From Chiloscyllium plagiosum (taxonomy: Eukaryota), in the NCBI RefSeq assembly GCF_004010195.1, contig NC_057718.1, positions 85,760,283-85,824,282 on the forward strand: a stretch of 64,000 bases of DNA, in the 5' to 3' direction. Within the stretch, counting starts at the first letter, position 1, and each line of letters opens with the position of its first letter. Below, one piece after another: positions 51,051 through 63,220 of the stretch. Made by a program: the position numbers and the translations under genes. Under the pieces are notes generated by a model. That model made no database searches, was not told the DNA's origin, and saw only the letters and a list, made by a program, of their open reading frames with translations.

Positions 51051-52431
51051 AATCACCTCAATGAGGTCACCTTTTAATCCATGACAATTACTCAAGAGAA
51101 TACAAATGTGGTCTATGCAACCTGAAGCCTTTTTAGCTGGTGAATCTGCCTGGGAAGGGCTACATATTTTCTGAGGTGTGGTGCAGAGAACTGGGTGATT
51201 TGAAATAACTTGGGGTAGCCGGTACTAAAGACTACATCTATAACTCTCACACAATGACATGTGCAGAGCAAAAGAATTGGAGAAATCTCTTTCAGAGAGA
51301 AATGAAGGGAGGATAATTGAGGAATTTTGACGGAATAATGCTGATCATGCAAGACTGAAATTTGTCTAAGATCCATAAGCTCAGAGGACGTTGCCCAGCC
51401 TGAAGAGCTTTGGATCTGAAGAGAGATTGGACAAACTGGGATTATTTTCCTTGGAGCAGAGGGGACCCAGGGACAACATGATTGAGGTGTATGAAATGAC
51501 GAGGGTCATAGATAGAATAGAGAAGTAAAAAAGAGCCTTGATGATCAAGGGCATTGATTTAAAGAAAAGGACAGGATGTTTAGAGGGGATGAAAGGAAAA
51601 AAAAGGTGAAAATTTGGAACTCACTGCCCGTAAGGGTAGTAGAGGCTGAAACACCCATAACATGTAGGTCATATTTAGATGCACACTTGCAATGCCAAGA
51701 CTTAAAGCTGTTTGTTTACTGCTGTTGCTCTTGACTGGCACAAACTCAATGGACCAAAGGACCTTTTTGTGTACTGTTGACCACCAGGAGTAGGTAACTC
51801 CTCTCAGTGACATTGTTTGATGGATAATTGTTGATTAGAATATCAGGGATTCTTCCCCTGCTTTATCTTTGAAATTGTTAATCTTTTATGTATCTCTTAT
51901 GCCCATCTGGGAGGATGGACGTGGTATCAGATTATTAATCAGAGCAAACACTGACAGCTTTACGCACACACCACTGTCTCTGTACTGGCACAGGGTTTCA
52001 GCCTGGATTGTGGGCTCCAGTCTTTGAAGTGCAGGTTGAAGCATGACCTGCTGACTCAGCCAAGACCAACTGCACGGAGATGAAAGCTGATAAAGCTGTA
52101 GGAGGAATGGCTACGAAAGGTGGTAAGAAATGAAAAGTTCCAAGTGTTTAAAACAGAGACTCTGCATAACATTGCAAATATTCTGAATGGTAAGTTCCTC
52201 TGAGTAGTCGCAAGAGAAGGCATGAAACACACGCCTTCTGGGAACGAAAATAAAATAATGACCTTCACTATGGAGCTACCAATTGGGCTTAATAGACTCA
52301 GAGGAACATATCTCCAAGAATACATGGCACTTATTCCTGAGAGTTAAGAGACACTATACAGAGTGGATTTATGAGGGATGAACAATTATCAGACAGCTAC
52401 TTTGAGCAATAGGTAGTACCAGCCATTTGGG

Positions 52432-52782
52432 TGACATGGGGGCTCAGTGGTTAGCACTGCTGCTTTACAGCACCAGGGATCCGCATTCGATTCCACCCTT
52501 GGGCGACTGTCTGTGTGGAGTTTGCATATTCTTCTTGTCTCTGCAGGAGTTTCCTTCAGGTGTTCCCATTTCCTGCCACTGTCCAAAGATGTGCAGGTTA
52601 GGTGGTGGGGCCATGGGAAATTGCCCATATAGAGTCCATTGATGTGTAGGATGGTTGGGTTAGCCACGGGAAATTTGGTATTATCAGGAGTGGGGAGGTG
52701 GGTCTGGGTAGGATGCCCTTCAGAAGGTTGGTGTTGACTTGATGGGCCAAATGGCCTACTTACACTATGTAGGGATTCTATT
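52432..52782 (+). mobile_element. HE1/V-SINE
   Basis: ggctcagtggttagcactgctgc head, V domain, tail agggattcta. Confidence 0.88.
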
Positions 52783-55559
52783 TCATGCTGCTATAAGGCA
52801 GCAACACTTATGTTAATTTCTACTAACAGGATTCTGCCAACCACACCAAATGACTGTATGAACTGCAATGCTGCTGCAATGTCAGGCCTGTAGGCCATGA
52901 AAGCCAACAAACTGCAGACCATATTAAACAACACATCCCTTTGGCTGTTTCCAATAGGCAGAGTGCTAACTACAATCAACCAGCCTAGTGTTTCAAAACT
53001 CGGAATATAATGTATTTTGTTGAATGTGATTTTGTGGTTGGACAGCACTTGGTGAACAATTCTTAATGCACTGCTAGCTAAACTTATAACTAATTTAAAA
53101 CTACCTGGCTGACTTGCAAAGTAGCTCACATACTCTTGTTAAAATCAGTATATATTCATGTGGAAGACTCTGCAAGTTAAGGAATAGGTACAGGGATTGC
53201 ACCTGTTTTGAATTCAACAAGTGCCTGGGGAGACCAGGTCGCTGGTGATTTCTATAAACCAATTGGCATTCTTTTCTGAGAAGTAGAAATTGTTACAGGA
53301 TGAAAAGATTTGCTATGCCGCCACTTTTTCAGCAATACTCATTATCAGTGAATTAATGGACACTGCACAGACACAAGCAGCTGAAGGAGATGGGAAATGG
53401 GAAGCAGACACAGGCAGTTATAGATCTACTAGTTCTACCTTAAATCCCATAAAATACACTGACTATCTGAATGAACAAGACAATAACAACAACCTGGTAA
53501 ACAGTAGTCAGCATGGGAAGATGCTGGTTGGTTAACATGTCAAATTCTTGATGAGTAATAACTTTAGTGTCGCTGAACTCAAATGTCAAAAACTAATTGG
53601 ATAATAATAACACCAGACACTTTAGTGTGTCAGGGATAGCAATGGGAATAGATTGCAATAGATCAAAGGCAGACCTAAAAGGAAAATGGGATTGATGCAG
53701 TCAAAAGAAATTGTAACGGATTGAAAACTCTTGCTATTAACTTAATGCTCAACACAGACAGTGAAGCCAATAGCATGGTTGGATAGTCAATGCAGCAGAG
53801 GAGACTAATGTTGTCATGGGACACTTCAGAATCCCAGACACTGCAGACTGTTGTTGGAAGTTCCCAGAAACTGGAAATTCTGCTGGGCAATTCTCCTGCA
53901 CTCATATGCCCCTGAAATAATTCATCATAAGGCAGAGAACAGGGAGAGTCTGGTTTCCATTGAGTTACCTGGGACCAATAAAGACTTCTGGTGAAATATT
54001 AAAACCAATTTATAGCACCACCCACTCACCCAGCTATAGCTTCCCTGAACCCTTGCATCCTGCAGATTTCTGACAACAACCCTGTCCTGACTAGAACCCT
54101 CAACCCAACCCAACGCAATTCCATCCTCTTGACAGAAACCCCTCCTGCCACTGGTCTGAAACCCCAGCATTAACACCACATTTTCCCTCAAGCCTTAACT
54201 CCCACTGGCCTCAACATCACCCCAATCCTCTACCACCTCTGACCCTGACATAACCACTCTCACTTGGCATACCCACAGCATACCATCACTTACCTAGCAC
54301 CCTAACCCCACACATGCCTTAAACATTTACCCTTTTACAGCAGTCTGCTGGATATTGAAATCTCAGAACTTGGCACACAGTCTGTTGTAAAATCAAAAGG
54401 GATCTGGCTCGACATTCCATAGTTTCCCCTGTAGTGCAGGATAACCATGTCCAGCTACACTCTGCATTCCTAAAGGAGCCAGGATCACAACTCCTAGATT
54501 GGAAGAGGAAGCTCATTACTAAAGAGCAGAGTAGCAACCCGATTCCAATATCTGGGCTATTATTGCCACAGTAGACTGGAGATAGGGGAAGCCAATCATC
54601 AAACAGAACTCTAGGTAGACTGCACGTTGAGAATTGGATCCAGTTCTGATCACAGAAACAAGGGAGACATTTAAATGGTGAAGGCAGCACATTGAAGAGC
54701 TATGGGGCAGATAGCTCAGACACTAAGTTATGAGGCAGACCGGAAATCATTGGCTTATTTGCCTGTAGAGGTGGTGTCTGAGAAGAATAGATTAGAGTCA
54801 TGGGGGTGGAAAGTGTAAATTATTCCCAGCATTAATTTAAAGCAATACATGGGTTCAGGTTAGTAAAAAACATACATTTAAGACAGACCATTATTTATGG
54901 AAAATTCTCATTATTTAAACAGATACTGGAGGTGGGAAAGGTGGATAATTTTATATAGATGTGTATATGCACACATTATACTCATATCTGCATGCATACA
55001 GAGACATACATGTCCTTTGAAAGGAGCTACCCAATTAGTTCCACTCTCCTGCTCTTTCCTCACAGCCCAAGCACATTCCATTCATTTTTAAAATTTATTG
55101 TGGAATCTATTTTCACCAGTTTTTCCAAAGAGTTTGTTCCAGTTCTTAATTTTTCAATCTGCGAAAAATAGTCTCACCTTGTCTCTAATTATTTGTTCAA
55201 CAACCTTAAATCTGTGTTCTCTGGTTAGATGGTTGAAGATATTTTTGAGGTTAAATGGTTAAATCGCCTCATTTAAATTCAGAAAACTACAAAGTTTTTC
55301 AGGGAATGACATTGTTAACATGACTTCTTCCTACAATCAACTCCCACACAGTAATTACTGGCAATCTGATTCACATCACAGAACTGTGTTTGCTTTCGCT
55401 TTCATCAAAAAAAAATTTAATGTGAGAACCAAAAGGTAATTCTATGACTTCAATAATAGAACAGTTCATCAATCTGGTCTTGATGATAATGACACCATTT
55501 TTGACTGAGTTTAGTTTAATAGGGAGAGGCTGGAGGGAGCCCTGACATGACTTGTAAAT

Positions 55560-55972
55560 GTGGCTCTGGCTCAGTGAGCCGAATTCTTACTCGAGCTAAA
55601 AAGGTTGCAGGTTTAATTCCCACGGCAGAAACTTGAGCAGATGATCTAAACTAACACCCCAGTGCAGCAGTAAATTTGTGGTACTGGTCAGTGGGTGTTG
55701 TCTTGTGGATGGAACATTAAACGGAGTCCTCTCTGCACTTTTACATGGACAGAATAGATCCATTGAAGTCCAGTGAAGTTCTCTTCAGGTTTCTGGGCAA
55801 TGCTTATTCCTTGACCTAACACACATGATCTGGTTCTTATCCTACAGCTGTTCGTGAGAACTGTTCATGACTGCCATGTTCCCCTGTATTGTGAAAATGA
55901 TACCGCTTCAAAAGCACTTAATGGGCTGTAAAACTCTGCGGGAATGTCCTGGAGGTGGTCAAAAGTGTGATA
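55560..55972 (+). mobile_element. Near full-length Deu-domain SINE
   Basis: tggctcagtg A box, ggtttaattccc B box, ggatggaacattaaacggag, cttcaaaagcacttaatgggctgtaaa. Confidence 0.72.
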
Positions 55973-55974
55973 TC

Positions 55975-57035
55975 ACTGAAATGTTATGGTGCAGAAAGAG
56001 GCTATTAGGACCATCATCCCTGCACTGGCTCTCCCAATGAGAAGCAGGAATTAGTGCCATTCTCCTGCCTTTTCCCTGTACCTTTCCACATTGTTTCTTG
56101 TGTAAATAAATAGAATGCCCTCTTGAATGGCACAATTAGATTGGTGTCACCGCACTTTCAGGCAGTGCATTCCAGACCTGAACAATTCATCGTTATTTGT
56201 TTAATGACCTTAAATGTTATCTGCTTACAAGGTTAAGGATATTTTCTGGAGGTTAAATGGATAAATTGCCTCATCACATCACCTTTGCTTCTTTTCCAAG
56301 TCACTAAATATGTGCCTTTTCATTCTTGATCTTTTTAATCAAGAACCAGGCAGTAGAGTTGCTCAGTGGTTAGCATTGCTGCCTCATAGCACCAGGGACA
56401 TGGGTTTAATTCCACCCTCAGATGACAGTCTGTGTTGAGTTTGCACATTCTCCCTGTATCTGTGTGGCCTTCCTTCAGGTACTCCAATTTTCTCCCACAG
56501 TCCAAAGATGTGCAGATTAGGTGGAATGGCCATGGGCTGGGTCTGGCTGAGAATCACTTCAGAGGGTCAGTGCAGACTTGATGGGTTGAATGGCCTCAAC
56601 CTACATTATACAGAATCTAGAATTCTCTCAGTTTCTCCCTATCCTCCCTCTCTCTCCAGCCACCTCACAAAATTTAGAAAATTTCTACCACATTGCTAAG
56701 CCTTCTTTTCACCCAGGAGAACAACCCCAAATTCTTCGATCTACATTCATAACTGAATGTTTTCATCGCTGGAACCATTCTTATAAATATTGTCTGCACT
56801 CTCTCACATTCTTCTTATAGTATGGCACCCAAAACTGTGCACAATACTCCATCTGAAGTCTAGCCAATGTCTTAAACAGTTTTGGCCTAACTTCCTTGCA
56901 TTTGTAACTTCTGTCCATGTTAATAAAGCCCAGGATGCTTTATGCTTATTAACTGCTCTCTCCACCTGTCCGGCCACCTTCAATGATCTGTGCACATATA
57001 CACTTCGATCCAACTGTGCAGCCTTTCCTGTTGGA
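55975..57035 (-). mobile_element. CR1 3' part interrupted by an HE1 SINE (+, about 56348-56622)
   Basis: ORF 56804-57043 (VHRSLKVAGQVERAV); SINE head gctcagtggttagcattgctgcctcatagc. Confidence 0.8.
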
Positions 57036-57664
57036 CTAGACACATACTGCTCTAGGAAACTCTTGTACCTAATTAAGGAACATTTTCCCTTTACTGCTCT
57101 TCACCAGTATCCTTGGTTGGGTAATTGAAAATCACTCATTAAAACTAATCTCGCATCCAATTGGTTTGAACAACTTGTACCCCAAAAATATTTGGCACGC
57201 AGTCCTGCCTCTACTTGATCCAGGTCCCTGTTATCACCAAAACATCAGACTCCCAACATGGTGATCTGCATCTATAAACTCCCCAATCCTAGTAACACTA
57301 AACTATACTCTATGAATTCACATACATGCACATTAATGTTGATTTAGAGGATATAATGCAAGTTGGTCTTTTAAAAAAACTAGTTCCTAAAACCCCTTTG
57401 ATTATTCCTCAGTGAAAGTGGGAAAATGTACACTGAAATCTGCTCAGTGAACACAACCTTCAGTACATATTGGATTGTTGACAATTTTTACAACACTGTC
57501 AAGGGTCTTCCCAGCTTCTGGCTCTGTAGCGGTGAGAGATCTCTGTCCTCTGCTTATCCAGCCCATCTCTGACTCCCTTCACTTCACTGTTTGTCTATTA
57601 AGCATTTAGCAGCTCAAACCCAGGACATCGAGCTTGAGGTAACAATTTGAAAAATGTTTCCTAC

Positions 57665-58147
57665 CTCCAGCTCTTGGAAGTCATCCTCGTCGTCCACATC
57701 GTAAGACAGGGTTTGGACTTTATTGTCATCAGCTGATAGGTCGATGAATTGGCTGTCTCCAAAATCCAGCCCATCCTTTGTGGGGGATCTGCTTTCAATG
57801 AAAGTTGTTTCACAGCAATCTGAACTATTGCTCTCACTCCAGGGTCTCAGCATGCTCTCAGAGTACAAAATGATATTGGGTCGGTACTGGGCCTCAACGG
57901 TGTGCTGCAAGGTGCTGGGGTTGAGGACTTGTTGCTGGCCAGAGTCATTCCTGCTCCTCTCAATGTAGTTGTGAGATGGGAAACTCCCCAATGTGTGTTC
58001 CTGGTATTGAGGAGCTGAGTAAACGGATCCCAATCCATCCTTGCCATCTATCGCCAAGTCTTTGGTGTTGATTAGACCATTCCTCTTCCCAGTCTCATTG
58101 GCTGCTTTATGACTCAAACTCTTGCTTTGCTCCACAGGATTCTCCAT
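57665..58147 (-). CDS. SYNDIG1: Synapse differentiation-inducing gene protein 1, first coding exon (161 codons, MENPVEQ...EDDFQELE)
   Basis: Translation contains GKRNGLINT, YRPNIILYSE, DCCETTFIE.RSPTKD, FIDLSADD and TLSYDV..E..FQELE, matching vertebrate SynDIG1 as recalled. ATG at 58147 (the ORF-track start at 58195 is a TTG). Donor GAG|GTAGGA after 57665. Likely acceptor ttttttcatcag| gives an exon start at 58245. Confidence 0.96.
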
Positions 58148-58204
58148 TTTTTGTGTGTCACCTCTTGATTGTTTTGACTTCCCAATGCTGTCCAAGAGGA
58201 AGAG

Positions 58205-58225
58205 TTATTTAAGTGGCACCTGCAT
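58205..58225 (-). promoter_or_regulatory. Short upstream ORF (MQVPLK*) in the SYNDIG1 5' UTR, in frame with the main ORF
   Basis: ATG CAG GTG CCA CTT AAA TAA lies inside the predicted exon (acceptor at 58245), 78 nt upstream of the main ATG. Confidence 0.55.
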
Positions 58226-58394
58226 TCCTCCTCTAGATCTTCCTCCTGATGAAAAAACAGAATTTTTTTTTGCTCATTACTTCAAAACCAAGTTAAGACT
58301 CTCCATAGATTCCTCAGAGTTACTAGGCCCTCAATTTGCTCCCTCCCTAAAGTTTCTCAATTTTCAGGTCTCAAATCAACAACTCACTTTTATA

Positions 58395-58830
58395 TAAAAA
58401 AAAAAGGGCCTTTAATGCAAAAAAAAGGCATGAAGATGCTTCAAAAGGAGCATTATTGAGCATAGTTTGAGGCGGAGACACAGAACCAGGTATTAGGACA
58501 GGTGACCAAAAGCTCAGCTAAATAATTAGGTTTGAGGGAACATTTTAAAGAGAAAAAGAAGAGGCAGATGGCAAGCAGAAAGGGTATTCAAAATCTGCCA
58601 ATGGAAGAGGAGGTGGAAGTGAGGGGTTTGCATAAAAGGCTGCATGATCATGTGGTCACTGGAGACTGTAGTGAGGCTTGAAGCAATAGGAAGACTTGTT
58701 AGTGCTGGAAACCATGTTAGTGCTGGAAACCATGCAAGGGTATTGGGGAATTGAAATCTGGTGCAATTGGGACACAGGCAACAGTATTTTGAATATCTTC
58801 AATTTTAGTCTTCTAAATCATGGGAACTTA
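58395..58830 (-). mobile_element. Old L2-like LINE 3' end
   Basis: gcctttaatgc..aggagcattat..aggtattaggacaggtgaccaaaagct pattern; contains an 18-bp tandem duplication at 58697-58732. Confidence 0.5.
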
Positions 58831-59319
58831 GGCTTGTTGAATTTTGCCCTGTTGATTGTGCACTGATCGGGTGATAACTTTGGAGATCATGAATTAGGCC
58901 AGGCCTTTTTTTTTTTAACCTTCCACCCCCCCACCATTGTGGGTAGTTCTGGCTTGCAGAAGAGCAAATCAGTATCGCAGTGGAGGCCTCAAACAGGTAT
59001 TAGGCCTGTTATTTGCATGTGGTAAAAGGGTCTCAATTAATAGACAGAGTTTTTGCAATTAAGCAATACGATAGATGGTGGACTTTTACCGTGCACTTCC
59101 TGGCTGCCATATTGAAAGTTTCAGTCACTTTGCAAAAATACATACACTGAGTGATCAATTTCCTATTTCATTTTTCTTTATATTTTATTTTACAGTTAAT
59201 ATGAAGGTCACTATTGTATTGCCAGGGAGCTGCTTTACCATCATGTCACAACCACTGGTTGAAACTGGGCTAGTTCACATCACCAATCCTTACTTGTGGA
59301 TTTAAAAAGAAAATCAACC

Positions 59320-59712
59320 TGCATTGATGAGTTATGACACCTCTCGGGTAGAGGGGATGAGAACCCAGGCCTTCTGGTTCAGAGGTTGGGACGAGAGCCC
59401 TTTGAAATAAAGTTCTACAGAAATTAACTCAGATCAGTGGATTCAGAGTATACAGTACTTACCTTTGCACCATTGAATGCACCAGTAGGTAACATCTAGT
59501 GTATAGATATTTTAAACCAACCGATTCAAATGCATTAGGTCACATGGCGAGAGAGAACAGGATTTGAACTCTGGCCTCCTGGCTCAGAGAAAGGGACAAC
59601 ACAATTATCCCTTTATTTTTAACTAACTTGTTCAGATAGATTATGACACCTCTGGGGCAGCAAGAATTTGAACCCAGAATCTTCTGATTAGGAAGTAGGG
59701 AATATTACCATA
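59320..59712 (-). mobile_element. Three clustered short tRNA-head SINE copies
   Basis: Units at about 59332-59402, 59550-59610 and 59640-59712. The first and third share ttatgacacctct; all three carry a gaaccc/gaactc B-box complement. Confidence 0.6.
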
Positions 59713-60217
59713 TCTAGGAGTCAGTCTATTGTCTAATTATCAATGGTAGATAATCATAATGTCTCAACTAGAGGCAATTGTCTTATATAACAAAGCATAA
59801 TTAATTGCATGATACGATTGGGTATAATTAACATTAACTAGTTCGGAAGAATTACAGCGAGGAGAAGGCAGGATGACATGTTTGTTTCCTCAGGATTTTG
59901 TGCAAGGCTGCTTACTTTTCACCTAGAGACTGTGACAGGGCAGCAGACTGGAGTGGAGCTTAAAACAGCTCAACATCAGCTCTTTCAGAATGATTACCTG
60001 ATACAAAAATGACTGTTCCTCACTAGTAGTCTAGATATTACACACAGGAGCTCACTTATTACAGAAATTTGAAATTGGTTTTGAATTGGCCAAGCCAACT
60101 GGTGTTCTGCATCATGTACTTTTGGACATATTGAACTTATAATACCTACATATGCTTTGTGAAGGAGAACTTTGACAGCCAAAGGATGACTGTAGATATC
60201 AGTTCAGTGGATCAGTG

Positions 60218-60526
60218 GATCAGTAATGAGACTTGTGGGCCAGGGGGTAGCTGAGAATGCAATAGGTTTATGAAGGTGAGGGTGAAAGTGATGGGAGGAT
60301 GGAGCGGATAGTTGGGAAGGAAGATGGATAGGTCAACAGGGTGGTACTGCGTTGGAAGCTTTGGACTGGGATAAGGTGGGGCGGAGGCAGAAATGAGGAA
60401 ACTGGTGAAATCCATGGGGTTGGAGGGTCCCAAGGCGGAAAATGAGGCATTCTTCCTCCTGGCGTTGGGTGGTTAGGGTTTGGCGATGGAGGCGGCCCAG
60501 GACCTGCATGTGGAGGGGGAGTTGAA
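60218..60526 (-). mobile_element. Penelope-like element 3' fragment (GIY-YIG C-terminus plus UTR), truncated at the hammerhead CTGAT
   Basis: Minus strand MQVLGRLHRQTLTTQRQEEECLIFRLGTLQP is homologous to 1514-1600. Confidence 0.82.
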
Positions 60527-61435
60527 AGACCTTTCAAAGACCTCAAGAACCACCGCATGACCAACCAGTACAGCCTGGCAATGAAAAGCAAGAGCAGAAA
60601 CCTGACAAAAAAGCGACATTACTTGATCTGGCTTTCTGCAGCAAGCAATTTGATGTTAATGCAAGGTCACCCACTAACTATGTTAAAAGGAATGGAACCC
60701 TTGGTGATTTCAGCACATCTCCCCTCTAAGCCATGTGCTTGCTTTCAAACCCTGTAGGAGTCACTAAAAATTTCCTTGCCCTGTGTTACAATGCTGGACC
60801 AACACTGTCACATAATAGGATGAGTACCAGGGATGAGTAATGTTTACTTTTAAAAATGTGCAAGAACCAGGAACTTACTAAGAGAATAAAGCCACATGAT
60901 TCCATGGATTTGAACAGTAAACTTTACTACACAACATTTGAACAGTGCTATAAACCTACAGTATATTGTATTTTCCAACCCCTTCAGATTAACAAGGTAA
61001 ATGAGTAATGGACTGTCATTGAACTCCTCACAGTCCAGAACAAATAACACATCTGATCAAGACGGAAATGTTTATGACACAATGGATGATCAAATCTCAT
61101 TAAGCCTGACAGGGGATGAAAATCCTCTACTCTTTTTTTGAACACTCAAAATCTCTCTCAAGAGCCTTCCATCATTACTGCACTCGGTCTAGTTGATCAC
61201 TGCCCCTTCCTGGGCCTCCACTCCCCTGGACTCAAACTGCATCTCAGCACTCATTCATAACCATAACTCCACGAAACTAAAACTGCCTCCAGCTTATTCC
61301 ACCTCGAGATTCATTCTTGCTCTGTGGTATCTAGCAAGTACAGCCTGAGAGTTTTCAATTCACACACTCTAATCTACACTGAAGTCTTAATGCTTGTAGG
61401 CTTCTTACAAGTCCCTCCTTACTCCCCCAAAACAG

Positions 61436-61468
61436 ATTCATTCATTCATTCATTCATTCATTCATTCA
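61436..61468. repeat. (ATTC)n microsatellite, about 8 units
   Basis: attcattcattc... read directly. Confidence 0.95.
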
Positions 61469-61873
61469 AAGTGGTAAAATAATTGGCTCTGACTCTTGAC
61501 CCCAGCATTTATCCCGTTGTTTGAATTTGCTCTGGAACTCTGACAGCTTAAAGCCATCCAACTGCACTGGACTCCTTCTCACGACCCCTACACAGGATCT
61601 GTATAGTTCAGCTCCCTTCCCAACAGAGCAGCTACACAGCAACATTTTGAACACAGTCAGCCTTGCTCCCTGAATTACATCCTCACCTCCCTACCTGGAA
61701 CCTTTCAACTCCTTTTCAGTCATCAACAATTTCCCAGCGTACCTAATCAAACAGCTTGCTATAGACCCTGCTCCTACTTCAGGCCAGAATTGCATGTGGA
61801 GAACATTTTGTGCCTCCCCAAGTCTGGTCATTCACACAGTTGAGGCCATGTTAAACTCCTATAAAGCAATAAT

Positions 61874-62190
61874 TTAGATTAGATTCCCTACAGTATGGAA
61901 ACAGGCCCTTCAGCCCAACAAGTCCACACCGACCCTCCGAAGACAAACCCACCCACACCGATTGCCTTCTGACTAATGCACCGAACACTGTGGGCAATTT
62001 AGAATGGCCAATTCACCTGGCCTGCACATGTTTGGACTGTGGAAGGAAAACAATGCACCCTGAGGAAACCCATGCAGACATGAGGAGAATGTGCAAACTC
62101 CACACAGACAGTCACCCAAGGCTGGAACTGAACCTCTGTCCCTGGCGCTGTGAGGCAGCAGTGTTAACCACAGCCATCTATGCCATGCCA
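61874..62190 (-). mobile_element. HE1/V-SINE
   Basis: ttagattagattccctacagtatggaaacaggcccttc tail; gtgcaaactccacacagacagtc; gctgtgaggcagcagtg head. Confidence 0.9.
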
Positions 62191-62339
62191 TGGCTGCAGC
62201 TGAGAACTGTAACCAATTCTGGGCGCCAGACCTCAGGAAATATGCAAAGCTTTTGCAGAAATTTATTAGAATGCTCCATTGCTGAGGAAATTACATTTAT
62301 ATACATTGACTAAAGCTGCAATAGTTACTCTAAAGGCAA

Positions 62340-62722
62340 AAAAATTGGGATGAATTAATTGATGGTGTTTGAAACCATCATGGGCTTAGACAGAGCAAAT
62401 GAAAAAAATCCATCTCCAATGGCTGTAGGATTAACAACCTACACTCGAGGACACTCATCGAAAAGGTGACTAGCAAAAGTAAAAAAACAATGACAGCAAA
62501 CAGATCTTTTATGCAACAACCAGTCAACATGAGAAGTATACTAACAGAGAATGGTGGAAATAGATTTCAATGGCAGTCTTCAAAAGGGAAAAGGATATTG
62601 TGAAAGAGGAAAAAGTGTGTGGAGGAGAGATCAGGGAATGGAATGCCCTGAATTGCCCTTTGAAATAGCTGGTGCAGAATTGATGGGCTGAATGGCCTCC
62701 TCCTGTGCTATTCTATGCTGTG
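62340..62722 (+). mobile_element. Old CR1 3' end
   Basis: tgatgggctgaatggcctcctcctgtgctattctatg tail. Confidence 0.6.
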
Positions 62723-63127
62723 ATACACTCAGTTTAAAGCCTGGAATCACTGGTGAGACTTGCCTGGGACATTAGGAATGGGCAACAGGAAATACACAAG
62801 TAAAAGGAGGGGAGGCAATATAAAAGGATGAAGAGAATGCTTATAGGAATGGTAGACAGAGAATGGCAAGGGAAGGGACTGAGGAAAAAAAAAAAGGGGA
62901 GGCTGAGACAGGAGGAGAATACAAAAAAAGAAAAACAAATATTGACCTTGGACAATAATGGGAAGGAGAGGATAAAATAGTCAGGGTGGAGGGTATGTGA
63001 AGGTATGATGCCTGGCAGAATGAAAAGGGCACTAGGGAAGGGAATGGAGTATAGGCTAGGGCAGAGGAGAGGAGAGGAAGGGAGCAGAAATTAAGGGAAG
63101 GGGCTTTGCAGCAATTGAACTAGAAAT

Positions 63128-63220
63128 AATATTGAAGGTCTCTATCTGAAACAGTGACCTACCTTCCAACGACAGATACTGATTTACCTACTGCACACTT
63201 CCAGTATTTTCTATTTTTAC
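63128..63220 (+). mobile_element. Very old family-2 PLE/hammerhead remnant
   Basis: tgaaggtc..tctgaaac..cagatactgatttacctactg..ttccagtattttctattttta. Confidence 0.4.

Noticed and set aside
15653..58147. Assignment to the paralogues SYNDIG1L/TMEM91/PRRT1
   Set aside because: N-terminal motifs (GKRNGLINT, YRPNIILYSE, DRSPTKD-like) and the YLSKNNHL end match SYNDIG1 as recalled; a reciprocal BLAST would confirm.
57614..58195. ORF-track 193-aa ORF taken as a complete protein
   Set aside because: It starts at TTG and runs through the splice donor at 57664; the real coding part is 58147-57665.
58697..58732. 18-bp direct repeat as a CRISPR-like or regulatory array
   Set aside because: Only two adjacent copies with no spacer; a simple tandem duplication in an old LINE. 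Eukaryotic context, and no CRISPR or other prokaryotic systems are evident.
60540..60625. Possible 5' UTR exon (acceptor-like ttttttgtcag on -)
   Set aside because: No convincing donor and no independent support; abuts a PLE fragment.
62780..63105. Purine-rich tract with short hydrophobic ORFs on -
   Set aside because: Low-complexity GA-rich sequence; the ORFs are compositional artefacts.
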